Origin: a virus
Taxonomy: Duplodnaviria > Caudoviricetes
IMG/VR virus record: IMGVR_UViG_3300037246_001629
Span: 1 to 54,986 of that record
Length of the DNA stretch: 54,986 nt
Direction: 5' to 3' (one strand)
The position numbers and the translations under genes are program-made. The notes beneath the pieces are model-generated. The model was not told the origin of the DNA, made no database searches, and worked only from the letters and a program-made list of their open reading frames with translations. Positions within the stretch are counted from its first letter, which is position 1, and the number at the start of each line of letters is the position of its first letter. Below, piece after piece: positions 1-9,560 of this stretch.

Positions 1-9
1 GCGAAATAG
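1..9. repeat. Terminal direct repeat GCGAAATAG (copy 1); circularisation overlap
   Basis: Identical to 54978-54986; merging the copies restores an ORF across the junction. Confidence 0.85.
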
Positions 10-185
10 ATTTGTAACCATCCATATTCTCTAACTGAACATTTAGATAGTGCATCATCAGTTACAATAGTGCTGAATTGCTTGATCAGTTCTTCTTTCT
101 CAGCAATTGCTTTTTCATCTTCTGGATTCGCTTCAAGTGCTTGCGAATTTCTTAGTATTTTATATCCGTATTCGTGTAAGTTCAT
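1..185 (-). CDS. Hypothetical protein, 66 aa, spanning the genome junction (185..1 joined to 54977..54962)
   Basis: ATG at 185 with AGGAG upstream; MNLHEYGYKILRNSQ...WLQIYF continues ADKLE-stop after the join; not in the ORF track. Confidence 0.8.
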   Translation of the reverse strand, partial: MNLHEYGYKILRNSQALEANPEDEKAIAEKEELIKQFSTIVTDDALSKCSVREYGWLQIYF

Positions 186-199
186 ATTGTATGTCTCCT

Positions 200-2152
200 T
201 TATGTTTCTATAAACCTGATTTTTATCTCAGTTTTAATTTTCTCTCCTGTTTTTTTAGGAAGTGCGGATTCAAGTATAAATCTGAATAACAGATCTGTAT
301 TCTCGAATAATCCTAGTTCATACCCATCAAATACAACAATATCTGAATTTGTGATCTCAGTGGAAAATTTAGCAGTTCCATCATCTGTTCCATCTTGTGG
401 ATATCCTGCTGTCATTGATTTACGAGTTGCGGGTAGATCATCAGTTGCTAGATCAGAATCGGTGGCAGTAACAGGTGTTATCCCCGATCCATATTCAATG
501 ATAGTATTTGCATTATCAAGGGCCTGTACTGATTTACCCTGTGCAAGATCACGTATTTTATTCAGAAATCGTGTCATGATTTTGATTGGATCAATATCTG
601 AGTATATAGTTGTTACGCGTACGCGTATAGCTTCATTTTCTGATTTCGTGAATGATGAAGCCAATACAACGCGTGCCATCAGTGTTGATCCTATTTTAAG
701 GCCAATCTCATTGCATGTGAAATTGATCACATCGCTATCATCTAATGATGATTGGTGTATCATCTCCGCGTCATCGCCATCTCGAGGATACGTAGAATCC
801 ACATTTTTCTCAGTTCCTGCAATCGGCGTATCCAGTGCAGTATCATCAATCATCACAATTGTTGTTCCTGATCCTAGTTCAATGATAGTATTTGCTGTGT
901 TAAATGGTGGTACTGCTTCACCTTGTAAGATATCACGCATACGCGTATATAATACTGTCATTGGAATCATTGTCGTGCTTGTGACTTCAGAATTCCATGC
1001 AGTAGGTTGGCTATTCCATATAGCACCCTCATCCTGTGATGATTCATTCCATACAAAATTAGTGCCTACCTGTTTCTCAACCACCACTGACATTGCAACA
1101 CCGACATTTAGTAATACATCAGCTAGGATAATAAGATCCAGATCAGTATTTATATTTCGTTTCTGTAACTGCCTTCTATCGCTGAAAAGATCAGATAAAG
1201 CCTCATCAGTATCAGGATCATAATTTACAAGTTCGATTGCTGAATTAGGTACATGTAATGAATGCGTTACTCCAACAATATATACCAGTTTATTAACCCA
1301 TGCAAGTTTTGCATAGTTTACTCTTATTAATCCTGTACCCTGTACATCGAGATCCTGCGGTATATTGATAGTTGTTGGAGTGAGGACCTCGCTATTTTTT
1401 GTTAGTCTTGCATCCAGATATCCGCGTACTTGAGCCTCTGTTGTTGCATCGGGAACATCTATAAATCCTGTACGCGGTAGATTATTTGCAGCAGATAATA
1501 AATCCTGTTTTTTATATGCCTGACCATCGCTATCAATCACATAGTAACTATTTTTTATTCTGTTACTGGATTTTACTATAGCAGGATCAAAAAAATCAGT
1601 TCCCTCTGCATATGATTTTCCAAGATCATTAGCAGTACGCGGTGCAAATATCCATTCAAGTGTAGGAGTTAATCGCAGTGAATGATTCTCCCTTAATGCT
1701 AGTTCCTGCATGATCTCAAGCGGTGTCAGATAATTGAATATATCATCATATACTGCGGTTGTTGCAGTGATTGATGTTGTGAATAAACCACCACCGTGTG
1801 TTGCGATCAGATCTGCTATAATCGCGGATGCAGTCTGTCCTGCACAATCATATTTTGTTATAGGATCCCCATGTAATTTGATACTGTAATCAATTGCATA
1901 TACATTGATAGTTCCTTCCTCGTTAGGTGTCCAGTTCTCAACTATTCCATTGAATACATTGACTGCATCAACTTGTAGAATTAATTGTTTTATTCCTGAT
2001 TGTCGCAATGTAATAACTAGTGTTTCATTTATATTATCAAAGAATAATAGATTTGTATGATTAATCCTGTAAGTATGATCAACATCGGTAAACAATCCAG
2101 TATATAATTCAGATGAAAAATCAGCTCCATTTATGGTTAATGTGTTTGTCAT
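200..2152 (-). CDS. Tail tip / baseplate hub-like protein with two C-terminal repeated domains
   Basis: Follows TMP and Dit-position gene; duplicated RDxxQG...NxNTIIExGSGxT domain resembles tail-fibre N-terminal modules; start moved to ATG 2152 (GGAGGT RBS). Confidence 0.65.
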   Translation of the reverse strand: MTNTLTINGADFSSELYTGLFTDVDHTYRINHTNLLFFDNINETLVITLRQSGIKQLILQVDAVNVFNGIVENWTPNEEGTINVYAIDYSIKLHGDPITKYDCAGQTASAIIADLIATHGGGLFTTSITATTAVYDDIFNYLTPLEIMQELALRENHSLRLTPTLEWIFAPRTANDLGKSYAEGTDFFDPAIVKSSNRIKNSYYVIDSDGQAYKKQDLLSAANNLPRTGFIDVPDATTEAQVRGYLDARLTKNSEVLTPTTINIPQDLDVQGTGLIRVNYAKLAWVNKLVYIVGVTHSLHVPNSAIELVNYDPDTDEALSDLFSDRRQLQKRNINTDLDLIILADVLLNVGVAMSVVVEKQVGTNFVWNESSQDEGAIWNSQPTAWNSEVTSTTMIPMTVLYTRMRDILQGEAVPPFNTANTIIELGSGTTIVMIDDTALDTPIAGTEKNVDSTYPRDGDDAEMIHQSSLDDSDVINFTCNEIGLKIGSTLMARVVLASSFTKSENEAIRVRVTTIYSDIDPIKIMTRFLNKIRDLAQGKSVQALDNANTIIEYGSGITPVTATDSDLATDDLPATRKSMTAGYPQDGTDDGTAKFSTEITNSDIVVFDGYELGLFENTDLLFRFILESALPKKTGEKIKTEIKIRFIET

Positions 2153-2373
2153 CTTCTGGACCTCCAATCTTGCCAATACAACGGAGGTTTGGTATTAGAA
2201 TAATTATGATGATTCATGGACCTTATTTTCAGGTTATCAAGCATAAATCTCTTTTCTCTGCGTGCTTCCTCATAATAACCATATGCACTAGAAAGATATT
2301 CCAATCCTGAAAGATCTGCTGTATCTAATGAAATCCATTCAGAACTAGAATTATAGATAAAAGTATCAGCCAT
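2149..2373 (-). CDS. Small hypothetical protein in tail operon
   Basis: 74-aa ORF, stop overlaps next start (ATGA). Confidence 0.55.
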   Translation of the reverse strand: MADTFIYNSSSEWISLDTADLSGLEYLSSAYGYYEEARREKRFMLDNLKIRSMNHHNYSNTKPPLYWQDWRSRR

Positions 2374-2378
2374 AATAA

Positions 2379-2807
2379 TCAGCTCAGACTAAGACTTGTG
2401 GGATCTATCGCGATAGTAACGGTCCAGCGTGTAGTACCCTGTGTTTTCACAACTCCTTTGGTAAGATTAACTAACATCCCCACTACATATTCAAAATTAG
2501 CTGCACCAAAATCAACGGATAATTTTACTATCTCATCAGGAAAAGATACCCATCGTTCAAACATAAGCTTCCATTGTGCGAAAGGTGTGGACCCTGAACC
2601 CGATGTAAAATAAAATGTTGCTTGATATGTTGCACCTGTACGACCAAATGCTTTTACTTCCTGTGTTAATACTGGACTAGGTGTGGGATTTGTTTTGGGA
2701 TATACTTTCACACCATCGAGGAAATTATTATTGGCTAAATCTTCCCATGATCGCAGAAGTGTTGTTACAACAGGAGTTCCCACAGGTTGTTCTAACATTG
2801 ATGTCAT
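2379..2807 (-). CDS. Putative distal tail (Dit-like) protein
   Basis: 142 aa, directly after TMP; positional call only. Confidence 0.45.
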   Translation of the reverse strand: MTSMLEQPVGTPVVTTLLRSWEDLANNNFLDGVKVYPKTNPTPSPVLTQEVKAFGRTGATYQATFYFTSGSGSTPFAQWKLMFERWVSFPDEIVKLSVDFGAANFEYVVGMLVNLTKGVVKTQGTTRWTVTIAIDPTSLSLS

Positions 2808-4126
2808 CCTACATAGCCTCCATTAGTAAATAACGATATTTTTTTAATTCCTGTATTTACACCCATCTCAACATTTGATCGGACAGTCTCAATATCCCTG
2901 TTATTTCGTACCTGTGTATTGTACATATTGACATTGATTGTCATGCCTCCGCTACCACCGATTCCTTTTTTCATTGTATCAGCATCGATGACACCCTCAC
3001 CTATTTTGAGTACTCGCAAGACCTCCTCCGTTCCTGATCCGCCACCCACAACTCCACCACTATGCATTGAGGGGATGTCTCCTAATCTCCATCCGATATT
3101 CACACCTGGGATATTATTTATTAATTCTATAAGTGCATTCACACTATCGACAATTAGAAAATTGAGAAGCCCGACCAACATATTTATTAATCCTTTGAAA
3201 ATATCTCCCAATCCTTCCCCGATCAATGCAATATCCCATGTGAATAGTCCAATCAATATCTTTACTATTCCACCAATAATATCTATGAAACCATCGACTA
3301 TTGCAATGACTAATTGAATCATTGATTCTAATTTAATAACAAATAAGTCCCACAAAATCTCTCCAATAGCCATTACAATAGGTTCTATTACCTCCCATAG
3401 ACGTACAACATTATCTATCAGTTCTTGAAAAGTACTGCTATTATCACTAGCAAAGCTACTGAACAAATCACCTATTACACCAAATACTGCTGCTGTTTTT
3501 TCTTGGATACCAAAAAAATTTGTATGCCATGCTAGTGCAAGAGCAGCAACAGCAGCAATTATTATTAAAATAGGCCATGCGACAGATGCAATGGAGATTC
3601 CTAGAAAACCTAACACAGTAGTTAATGCACCTGCACCAAATGCCAAAGCAACGAATGAGGCAATCATAGTTTGGACATCACCATCAAGGTCCATAAATAG
3701 GTCTGTCATATCTTCTATATAGGGAATAAGAACTTCTATCATTGGAACCAGGGAATCACCTAAGACATTGAAAATTCTCTCAAATTGAAATCCTATCTCA
3801 TCCAGACTACCCGCGAGTGCAGGAGATGACGATATCATCTTGCTCAGGAAACCACCTGCTAGAAGTGTCACACCTGCAATTGCTTTGCCTACGCGACCCC
3901 ATGAATTAGTTTGTTTCTGCGAACTTGCCTCCATAGTATCATCAAGATTTGCGGTGTTATCTGATATATCATCGAGTAATTCATTTGATATTTCTAACTG
4001 ATGATTTATATCATCAAATGCTTTTGTAAAAATATCAGCTAATCCCTCAATTGAATCCTCTGCATCTTTTGTGACAACACTTACAACTGCCTTCAATGGC
4101 ATTTCCACGCCACTCATAGATTCCAA
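2804..4126 (-). CDS. Tail tape measure protein
   Basis: Amphipathic Ala/Gly/Ile-rich helical repeats, hydrophobic core, C-terminal MHSGGVVGG...GEGVI motif typical of TMPs; follows chaperone pair. Confidence 0.85.
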   Translation of the reverse strand: MESMSGVEMPLKAVVSVVTKDAEDSIEGLADIFTKAFDDINHQLEISNELLDDISDNTANLDDTMEASSQKQTNSWGRVGKAIAGVTLLAGGFLSKMISSSPALAGSLDEIGFQFERIFNVLGDSLVPMIEVLIPYIEDMTDLFMDLDGDVQTMIASFVALAFGAGALTTVLGFLGISIASVAWPILIIIAAVAALALAWHTNFFGIQEKTAAVFGVIGDLFSSFASDNSSTFQELIDNVVRLWEVIEPIVMAIGEILWDLFVIKLESMIQLVIAIVDGFIDIIGGIVKILIGLFTWDIALIGEGLGDIFKGLINMLVGLLNFLIVDSVNALIELINNIPGVNIGWRLGDIPSMHSGGVVGGGSGTEEVLRVLKIGEGVIDADTMKKGIGGSGGMTINVNMYNTQVRNNRDIETVRSNVEMGVNTGIKKISLFTNGGYVG

Positions 4127-4338
4127 GCATCCTCCATATTCTGTTTAAATTCAGCTTTTTTATTTTTAGCTTCTGAGATCTCCTGTTCTATCCAGTAATC
4201 TCGAATTGGTAATCTGTCCATTTCATGCGGAAATTTACTGAATTTCTCTGCCATCATACTACGATCATATAACAATCCTGCCGTGGGATTTATAGAATCT
4301 ATCTCGTCATTAAGAAAATTAGCCAATTTCTCAAACAC
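4114..4338 (-). CDS. Tail assembly chaperone, T (frameshift) portion
   Basis: Lies in the -1 frame of the upstream ORF, open from the A9 run; directly before TMP. Confidence 0.7.
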   Translation of the reverse strand: MFEKLANFLNDEIDSINPTAGLLYDRSMMAEKFSKFPHEMDRLPIRDYWIEQEISEAKNKKAEFKQNMEDAWNL

Positions 4339-4343
4339 CTTTG

Positions 4344-4688
4344 TTATTTTTTTTTCTTCTCTTTAAGAGCAGTAGCAAATGCCTCTCCAAATTTAAACAA
4401 TTCATCTGAATAGAATCGTTTAAAAAATGATATAAATTCCTCTTTTTCTGGAATTATAACCATTTCTGCAAAAGAGACTCTGAGTTCTTTTACTGTCGCA
4501 GTTTTATCTGAAATAATCTCCGTTTGTCCTAGATCTGGTTCTTCAAATACATACAATGTTTCGGGTACTTTATCAGATTCAAAATAGAATGCTACCTCTC
4601 TTCTACCAATCTTAGAATATGCCTTCTCATTGATTTTAATATAGTTAATTTCTCTTGGATTCTCTGTCTGTATTGCCATGATATTCAC
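4344..4688 (-). CDS. Tail assembly chaperone (gpG-like)
   Basis: Between tail tube and TMP; ends KEKKKK on a slippery A-run. Confidence 0.7.
   Translation of the reverse strand: MNIMAIQTENPREINYIKINEKAYSKIGRREVAFYFESDKVPETLYVFEEPDLGQTEIISDKTATVKELRVSFAEMVIIPEKEEFISFFKRFYSDELFKFGEAFATALKEKKKK
4347..4356 (-). other. Programmed -1 frameshift slippery site G AAA AAA AAA
   Basis: Frame 0 AAA AAA AAA TAA; -1 frame AAA AAA ATA ACA AAG GTG TTT GAG runs into the 4114..4338 ORF. Confidence 0.7.
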
Positions 4689-4960
4689 TCCTTGAATACT
4701 TTTGGAAATGCATTATTGATCAGATTAAATGCATTCTTATCATCATTGAATATTTTCTTAGTCTGTTCTGATGATAATTTCAGTTTCTTTACCTCTGCTA
4801 CAATCTCTTTCTCACGTTTTTTAAGTGGTTTAGCTCTTGTATTAAGTTCATCACGGATCTGATTAAGCGTAGTTTTTACTGTGTTGTATTCAGTAGCTAA
4901 TCCTTTCAGATAATTGCGTAAAGGTATTTTTTTCTCGGTTATTATTGTTACTTCATCCAT
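4685..4960 (-). CDS. Hypothetical coiled-coil protein
   Basis: 91-aa ORF in the tail operon. Confidence 0.6.
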   Translation of the reverse strand: MDEVTIITEKKIPLRNYLKGLATEYNTVKTTLNQIRDELNTRAKPLKKREKEIVAEVKKLKLSSEQTKKIFNDDKNAFNLINNAFPKVFKE

Positions 4961-4972
4961 AATAAATCATTC

Positions 4973-5902
4973 CTATACTGGATCAGTATACACTGCAATA
5001 CTATCCACCGCAGATGCGGAATATTTTGTTGTGGTCTGTGCTTTGCAAGGTAAGCTCATCCTGAATGCACCACCGCCCCCTGGACTGGACCTTGCAGGTT
5101 TAAATGTTTTTGCAGAGGGAATTGTGAGCGTGAATGTATCATTTACAGCTCTTGTGATAACATGCGAGATTGCAAAATCAGTATAGTTTGATCTCAATTC
5201 ATAGATAGATTCATTCTCAACTCTTAGCGTATAGTTAGCTACAAGTCCTCGTGTTCCTGGAATTATTTCAGAGGGTGCAATATCGCATATGCCATATTCC
5301 TCAGATACTCCATTTTTATACTGATACTGTGCTCGTTCAACTTTACATTTTTGATCAATTGAATTGATATTCAGCGTACTGGTCTGATGCCATTGAATAG
5401 GAACTGTGGTTAGTTTTCCTGGAACACCTGGTGTTGTGTCAACAGGGAAACCCGATTTTGCAAATCCTGTGAGTTTTACTTTTGGAATCTCTCCTGATAC
5501 AATCGTGAGATCAAATGTATTGACTTTGCATCCAAGCAGTTTGATTGAGAAATCACCATTACCGAATACTGGTTCTATTGATAACGGTGGTATCGTGTTT
5601 GCAAGCGTGGTTGCATGAGTATATGGATCAACACCTGAATCGACAACTGCACCAAAGGCCCAATACACCCATATCCAGTTCTGAATGCTGAATTCAATCT
5701 CCCATGGGAAATTCTCTTTACCATGTAATAAAAATTCAGCCTCATCTCTAGAACTGATATCCGCAACCATGATTTCCTCATTTTGCGGTGTGATTGACAT
5801 ACTGCTTACTCTACCAGGCCATGGTTTAAAGCTTGCAGCTTCTGTCCCATCGACAGCCTCTTCTGCTACCTGAACAGATACAAGATCTAATAAAGTTGCC
5901 AT
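4973..5902 (-). CDS. Major tail (tube) protein
   Basis: 309 aa, beta-rich, LLGCKVNTFDLTI...GEIPKV pattern typical of siphovirus tube proteins; position. Confidence 0.8.
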   Translation of the reverse strand: MATLLDLVSVQVAEEAVDGTEAASFKPWPGRVSSMSITPQNEEIMVADISSRDEAEFLLHGKENFPWEIEFSIQNWIWVYWAFGAVVDSGVDPYTHATTLANTIPPLSIEPVFGNGDFSIKLLGCKVNTFDLTIVSGEIPKVKLTGFAKSGFPVDTTPGVPGKLTTVPIQWHQTSTLNINSIDQKCKVERAQYQYKNGVSEEYGICDIAPSEIIPGTRGLVANYTLRVENESIYELRSNYTDFAISHVITRAVNDTFTLTIPSAKTFKPARSSPGGGGAFRMSLPCKAQTTTKYSASAVDSIAVYTDPV

Positions 5903-6624
5903 TATAATCTGCCATCCTCTTCATCTTCCATAGGATCCTCTTTTATTTCAATAATTGGCTCGCCCATACGTGTCATAAACCCTGAATAATTTTCTTCATA
6001 ATGTTCGTGGTCATAATGCTCTTCTTCTAATCCACAATCCCCTGCACATATTTTTGGTTCGATGGCTTCTTCATCATCTTTAGTAGGACCTGTATATTCT
6101 TGTGAATGATCACTTGTAGCTTTTTTATCATCGGTTTCTAAAACAGGATTAGGAACAGTATCTTCCTCTAATTCTTCGAGTTCCTCTGTTTCATCATCTG
6201 TTTTTGATACAAGTTCCTCCATTACAGCAGCATCATTGATCGCTAGTCTCTCAGAATTATCTGCAATATTATCCTCGGATTCTTCTGGTAATGCTAATTT
6301 GATTTGTTCTTGAGATCCATCTAGACTATATTCTATAATATGTGTTTCATGTGCTTTTGCTGTTAAGTTTTCGAATATAATATCTTCTGAATTACTTTCA
6401 TGTAATTGTACATTCCAATCATCCGCAAATAAATCCTCAAAATCAGGATTATAGATAGTTTTAGTAGCATCAATAGAATCGTATTTTACTATGATCCAAC
6501 CGTATTCAGTTTTAAGAGCATGGATATATTTTTTTTCCCATGTTTGTCTCCATGCAATATTATTTCCATCTCTGAGAAATTCAAATGCTGTAGAGAAATT
6601 TATTTTTAAGAATGGTTCACTCAT
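5902..6624 (-). CDS. Tad2/DUF2829-like N-terminal domain plus long acidic tail
   Basis: NFSTAFEFLRDG..AWRQTW...PDFEDLFADDW matches the DUF2829 pattern; the rest is very Asp/Glu rich. Confidence 0.6.
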   Translation of the reverse strand: MSEPFLKINFSTAFEFLRDGNNIAWRQTWEKKYIHALKTEYGWIIVKYDSIDATKTIYNPDFEDLFADDWNVQLHESNSEDIIFENLTAKAHETHIIEYSLDGSQEQIKLALPEESEDNIADNSERLAINDAAVMEELVSKTDDETEELEELEEDTVPNPVLETDDKKATSDHSQEYTGPTKDDEEAIEPKICAGDCGLEEEHYDHEHYEENYSGFMTRMGEPIIEIKEDPMEDEEDGRL

Positions 6625-6636
6625 TTTTTATAACCT

Positions 6637-7083
6637 CTAGTTTATGATTTCATCAACGATGTACAGACGCACTTCGATAACATACCTGAAATTCTTACCC
6701 TGTGATAGATTATTTCCTCTATCTAGTAAAATCATATATTCCCACGGAGTAGTTAGATTAGTTAGATTTGCACTGAGAATACTTACTATTTTTGTTTTCA
6801 GATTTTTGATACGCTGTGAATACGTACTTCTGATATCTATGCGTACAACTTCGTCACCATCTACACAATCTAGATTAATCGCGGGATAGCCTGTTTGCCA
6901 TTTTCCATCTTTTACCAGAATATTATCAAAATTTGCTTGTTGAGTTCCCTTATATTTGTCGCGATCCATTACTCTTACATTAGTTCTATCATAAGAACCC
7001 CAATTATCGGATTCATTCTCATGATCTATATCTAGTACTGTGAGTATTGCTTCTTTCGCTTCTACCATATAAATAAACCCCAC
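6637..7083 (-). CDS. Putative tail terminator / completion protein
   Basis: About 145 aa, upstream of tail tube, VRIDIRS...RYVIEVRL strands; mainly positional. Confidence 0.5.
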   Translation of the reverse strand: MGFIYMVEAKEAILTVLDIDHENESDNWGSYDRTNVRVMDRDKYKGTQQANFDNILVKDGKWQTGYPAINLDCVDGDEVVRIDIRSTYSQRIKNLKTKIVSILSANLTNLTTPWEYMILLDRGNNLSQGKNFRYVIEVRLYIVDEIIN

Positions 7084-7142
7084 GTCATAATCGTGTGCTA
7101 TGCACTACGTTGAGTTGACTTCTATAAACATTCAGATATGCA

Positions 7143-7151
7143 GTATTTAAA
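7143..7151 (-). promoter_or_regulatory. Putative late-promoter TATA box TTTAAATAC
   Basis: Same 9-mer in intergenic gaps at 8838-8846 and 14540-14548. Confidence 0.55.
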
Positions 7152-7156
7152 GTAAA

Positions 7157-7609
7157 TTACATTGCTGTATCCTTATCTATTTCCTCCTTTATCTCGGTTA
7201 TTTTATCAATGCTCTCATTTATCGCAGTATCTTTATTGATGTCCTCTTTTATCTCAGTTATCTTATCAATACTCTCAGTAATTGCACTTATACTGGATAT
7301 CTGCTCTATTATCTCAGTGGTAATATTTTTAGATTCTATAAAATCAGTATCAATAATAATATTTTCGGAGAACTCAGTGATTATATTTAATGTTTCTAGA
7401 AATTCTGTTAGAAGATTAAGTATCGTATTAAATTCGCTTAATATGCTTATATCTTCGATAAAACTGGTATCTAAATCTAATTGTTCGCTAAAAATAGATA
7501 TGACCTCAACTGTCTGCGATTCTGTTTTTTTAATCAGATTGCTTAATCTACCCATAACCGCAACAGAATCACCACGGTAGATTCTACCGAATGTTATCAG
7601 ACTACTCAA
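7157..7609 (-). CDS. Low-complexity Ile/Glu/Thr repeat protein (10-aa periodicity)
   Basis: ITESIDKITE IKEDINKDTA INESIDKITE IKEEIDKDTA. Confidence 0.65.
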   Translation of the reverse strand: MSSLITFGRIYRGDSVAVMGRLSNLIKKTESQTVEVISIFSEQLDLDTSFIEDISILSEFNTILNLLTEFLETLNIITEFSENIIIDTDFIESKNITTEIIEQISSISAITESIDKITEIKEDINKDTAINESIDKITEIKEEIDKDTAM

Positions 7610-8514
7610 GATTTCACCATCTTATATGTTGCAAGATTGGTTCCTATGTAGGTCGCAGTTATAGTATATGTTGCAGTTACATCATTATCAGTGCCAACAC
7701 TTCCAGCTACTGAATATATTCTTAATCTTCCTGTTAACATATTACCTTTGCTATCATGTGTGGTAGTATCTATAAATTGATTCTCCTGTGTTAATCCAAG
7801 TACTCTTTTTAATAATGCACCCATGGATCCTGCGGTAACATTAGTATCAGCCGCAGCCCATACATGAGTTGCGATCCCTTCAGGATTGATATGTGTTGGT
7901 AATACTGCATAGCCTGTTGTTGTATCAGGTATTACTACCCAATCAAGACCAAGAGTTGCTATTTTTGTAGTGCCATCATATGAGGATATATGGCCTACTT
8001 GATCCTGTCCAGTTCCTGATCGCAAAAATACGGATTGATACCGATATGCATTATCATCATCAGAAGCAAGTGCATTCAGCGTAATTGTATTTGAAGTACC
8101 TCCCCGTGCTAATCCCTCATTGACATGTTCTCGACCTGCATCCGCAAATATAATATATTCAGATGTGTTATCAGGTTCTACTTTCCAATCACGATCAATT
8201 GTCGCTATTCTTGTCGATCCCGCATACTCATAGATTAATCGCGTCTGCCCTGCTCCCATTCCATCAATAATTGCAATCTTTGCAGGATCATAAGCACCGT
8301 CAAAATCCGCGGCATCTAATGATAGTTGAATTTGATTACCGTTAACCGCAGGCCCCTGCGAAGTGCCTGTATGAAGTGCCTGAGCGGCTATATCACGTAA
8401 TCGTTTACCTGCTGAATTCTGTATGTTATGCGATAATCCTGTTAATATCTCATCCCATACCGCATCAGCTACATTATCCAAATCTGTTTGATCTAATATT
8501 GGAATAATAATCAC
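7606..8514 (-). CDS. Virion structural protein with internal duplication
   Basis: DAVWDE motif and two copies of G.GQ...I..Y.G.T.IAT...DW...PD.T..Y. Confidence 0.65.
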   Translation of the reverse strand: MIIIPILDQTDLDNVADAVWDEILTGLSHNIQNSAGKRLRDIAAQALHTGTSQGPAVNGNQIQLSLDAADFDGAYDPAKIAIIDGMGAGQTRLIYEYAGSTRIATIDRDWKVEPDNTSEYIIFADAGREHVNEGLARGGTSNTITLNALASDDDNAYRYQSVFLRSGTGQDQVGHISSYDGTTKIATLGLDWVVIPDTTTGYAVLPTHINPEGIATHVWAAADTNVTAGSMGALLKRVLGLTQENQFIDTTTHDSKGNMLTGRLRIYSVAGSVGTDNDVTATYTITATYIGTNLATYKMVKS

Positions 8515-8816
8515 CCAAATTTAGGATATATCTGGAATTCTCTCGTCTCTGAGAAATATTCCTTTGATCCTGTGAAAGTTCCAAATACCTGTACTTTCCA
8601 TAGTCCTGCCTTGTCCAGAAAATCTGATTCGGTAATATATTTTACTACACCTGTTGCCTCTATAACGATTGTCACATCTGCAGGATATGCTTTTGATACT
8701 GTTGTTTTATCAGGTTTGTAAAAATCCATTGTGAGTGTAGCTATATTGACGAGATCTTTATTTGTTGTGACAACAATATCAATACCAACTGAATCTATAT
8801 ATATCTTATCTGACAT
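8511..8816 (-). CDS. BppU-N-like (baseplate upper protein type) domain protein
   Basis: KPDKT...GVVKY....DFLDKAGLWKVQ pattern. Confidence 0.55.
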   Translation of the reverse strand: MSDKIYIDSVGIDIVVTTNKDLVNIATLTMDFYKPDKTTVSKAYPADVTIVIEATGVVKYITESDFLDKAGLWKVQVFGTFTGSKEYFSETREFQIYPKFG

Positions 8817-8837
8817 CTATATACATTGTATTTCGGT

Positions 8838-8846
8838 GTATTTAAA
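8838..8846 (-). promoter_or_regulatory. Putative late-promoter TATA box TTTAAATAC (leaderless transcript)
   Basis: About 22 nt upstream of ATG 8816, which has no RBS. Confidence 0.6.
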
Positions 8847-9560
8847 TTATAAATAAATAGGTTTAAATGCTTGGCTATCATATCTATCAAGTATTCTTTT
8901 GGTTGCTTTTTCCCATCTATTTTGTAATTGCATGTAGCTTATTCCTCCAGATTCACCTTCTGCTTTGATGAACATATCTGGAAGATAATCGATTACCTGT
9001 GATGCAGCTATCATTATACAGGCTTTTCTAATATCTTTCGGAACAACTGATCTACCATAGGTGTATTTAATTCTGATATTATCCTCACCTTTGATTGGAA
9101 GTTGCTTTAGTAAATATATTCTACCTTCTGGTTGCTGTACAAAGTAATCACCTGTTGTATCATATGGGGTGGATCCTGCGGTTCCTGTTGCTATAAGATC
9201 AGTCCATTCATCATTATTTGTCAATATCTCAAGCGTTGTCACACTTCGAATATCATCAAAATTAGTTTTTATCACATATTCAGTACGGCCATAACGCGTG
9301 CGTCTACCTTTTTTATAATCTCTGAAAGTAAATTCATGATATTCATATTCAGATACAGTTATTTCTCGCCATGCACGCCCACATTCCTTCTCAATATCAA
9401 CCTCAGCTTCCTCAATCATTTCCTCAATAGTTGTCTTTGTTGGATTTTTTATAGAATCAATATTTTCTTCATCATAAGGATTACCTGAGACATCGGTAAG
9501 ATTTAGTCTGTTAGCGACTTGATAGGCCTGTGCATACGTTACATCTACCAAATTAACCAC
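8847..9560 (-). CDS. Head-tail adaptor (gp6/gp15-like)
   Basis: IEEAEVDIEKECGR and YTYGRSVVPKDIRKACIMIA motifs. Confidence 0.8.
   Translation of the reverse strand: MVNLVDVTYAQAYQVANRLNLTDVSGNPYDEENIDSIKNPTKTTIEEMIEEAEVDIEKECGRAWREITVSEYEYHEFTFRDYKKGRRTRYGRTEYVIKTNFDDIRSVTTLEILTNNDEWTDLIATGTAGSTPYDTTGDYFVQQPEGRIYLLKQLPIKGEDNIRIKYTYGRSVVPKDIRKACIMIAASQVIDYLPDMFIKAEGESGGISYMQLQNRWEKATKRILDRYDSQAFKPIYL

Noticed and set aside
1-9. Terminal 9-mer as attL/attR of a provirus
   Set aside because: It falls inside a gene of the tail operon and no integrase was recognised; assembly overlap is simpler
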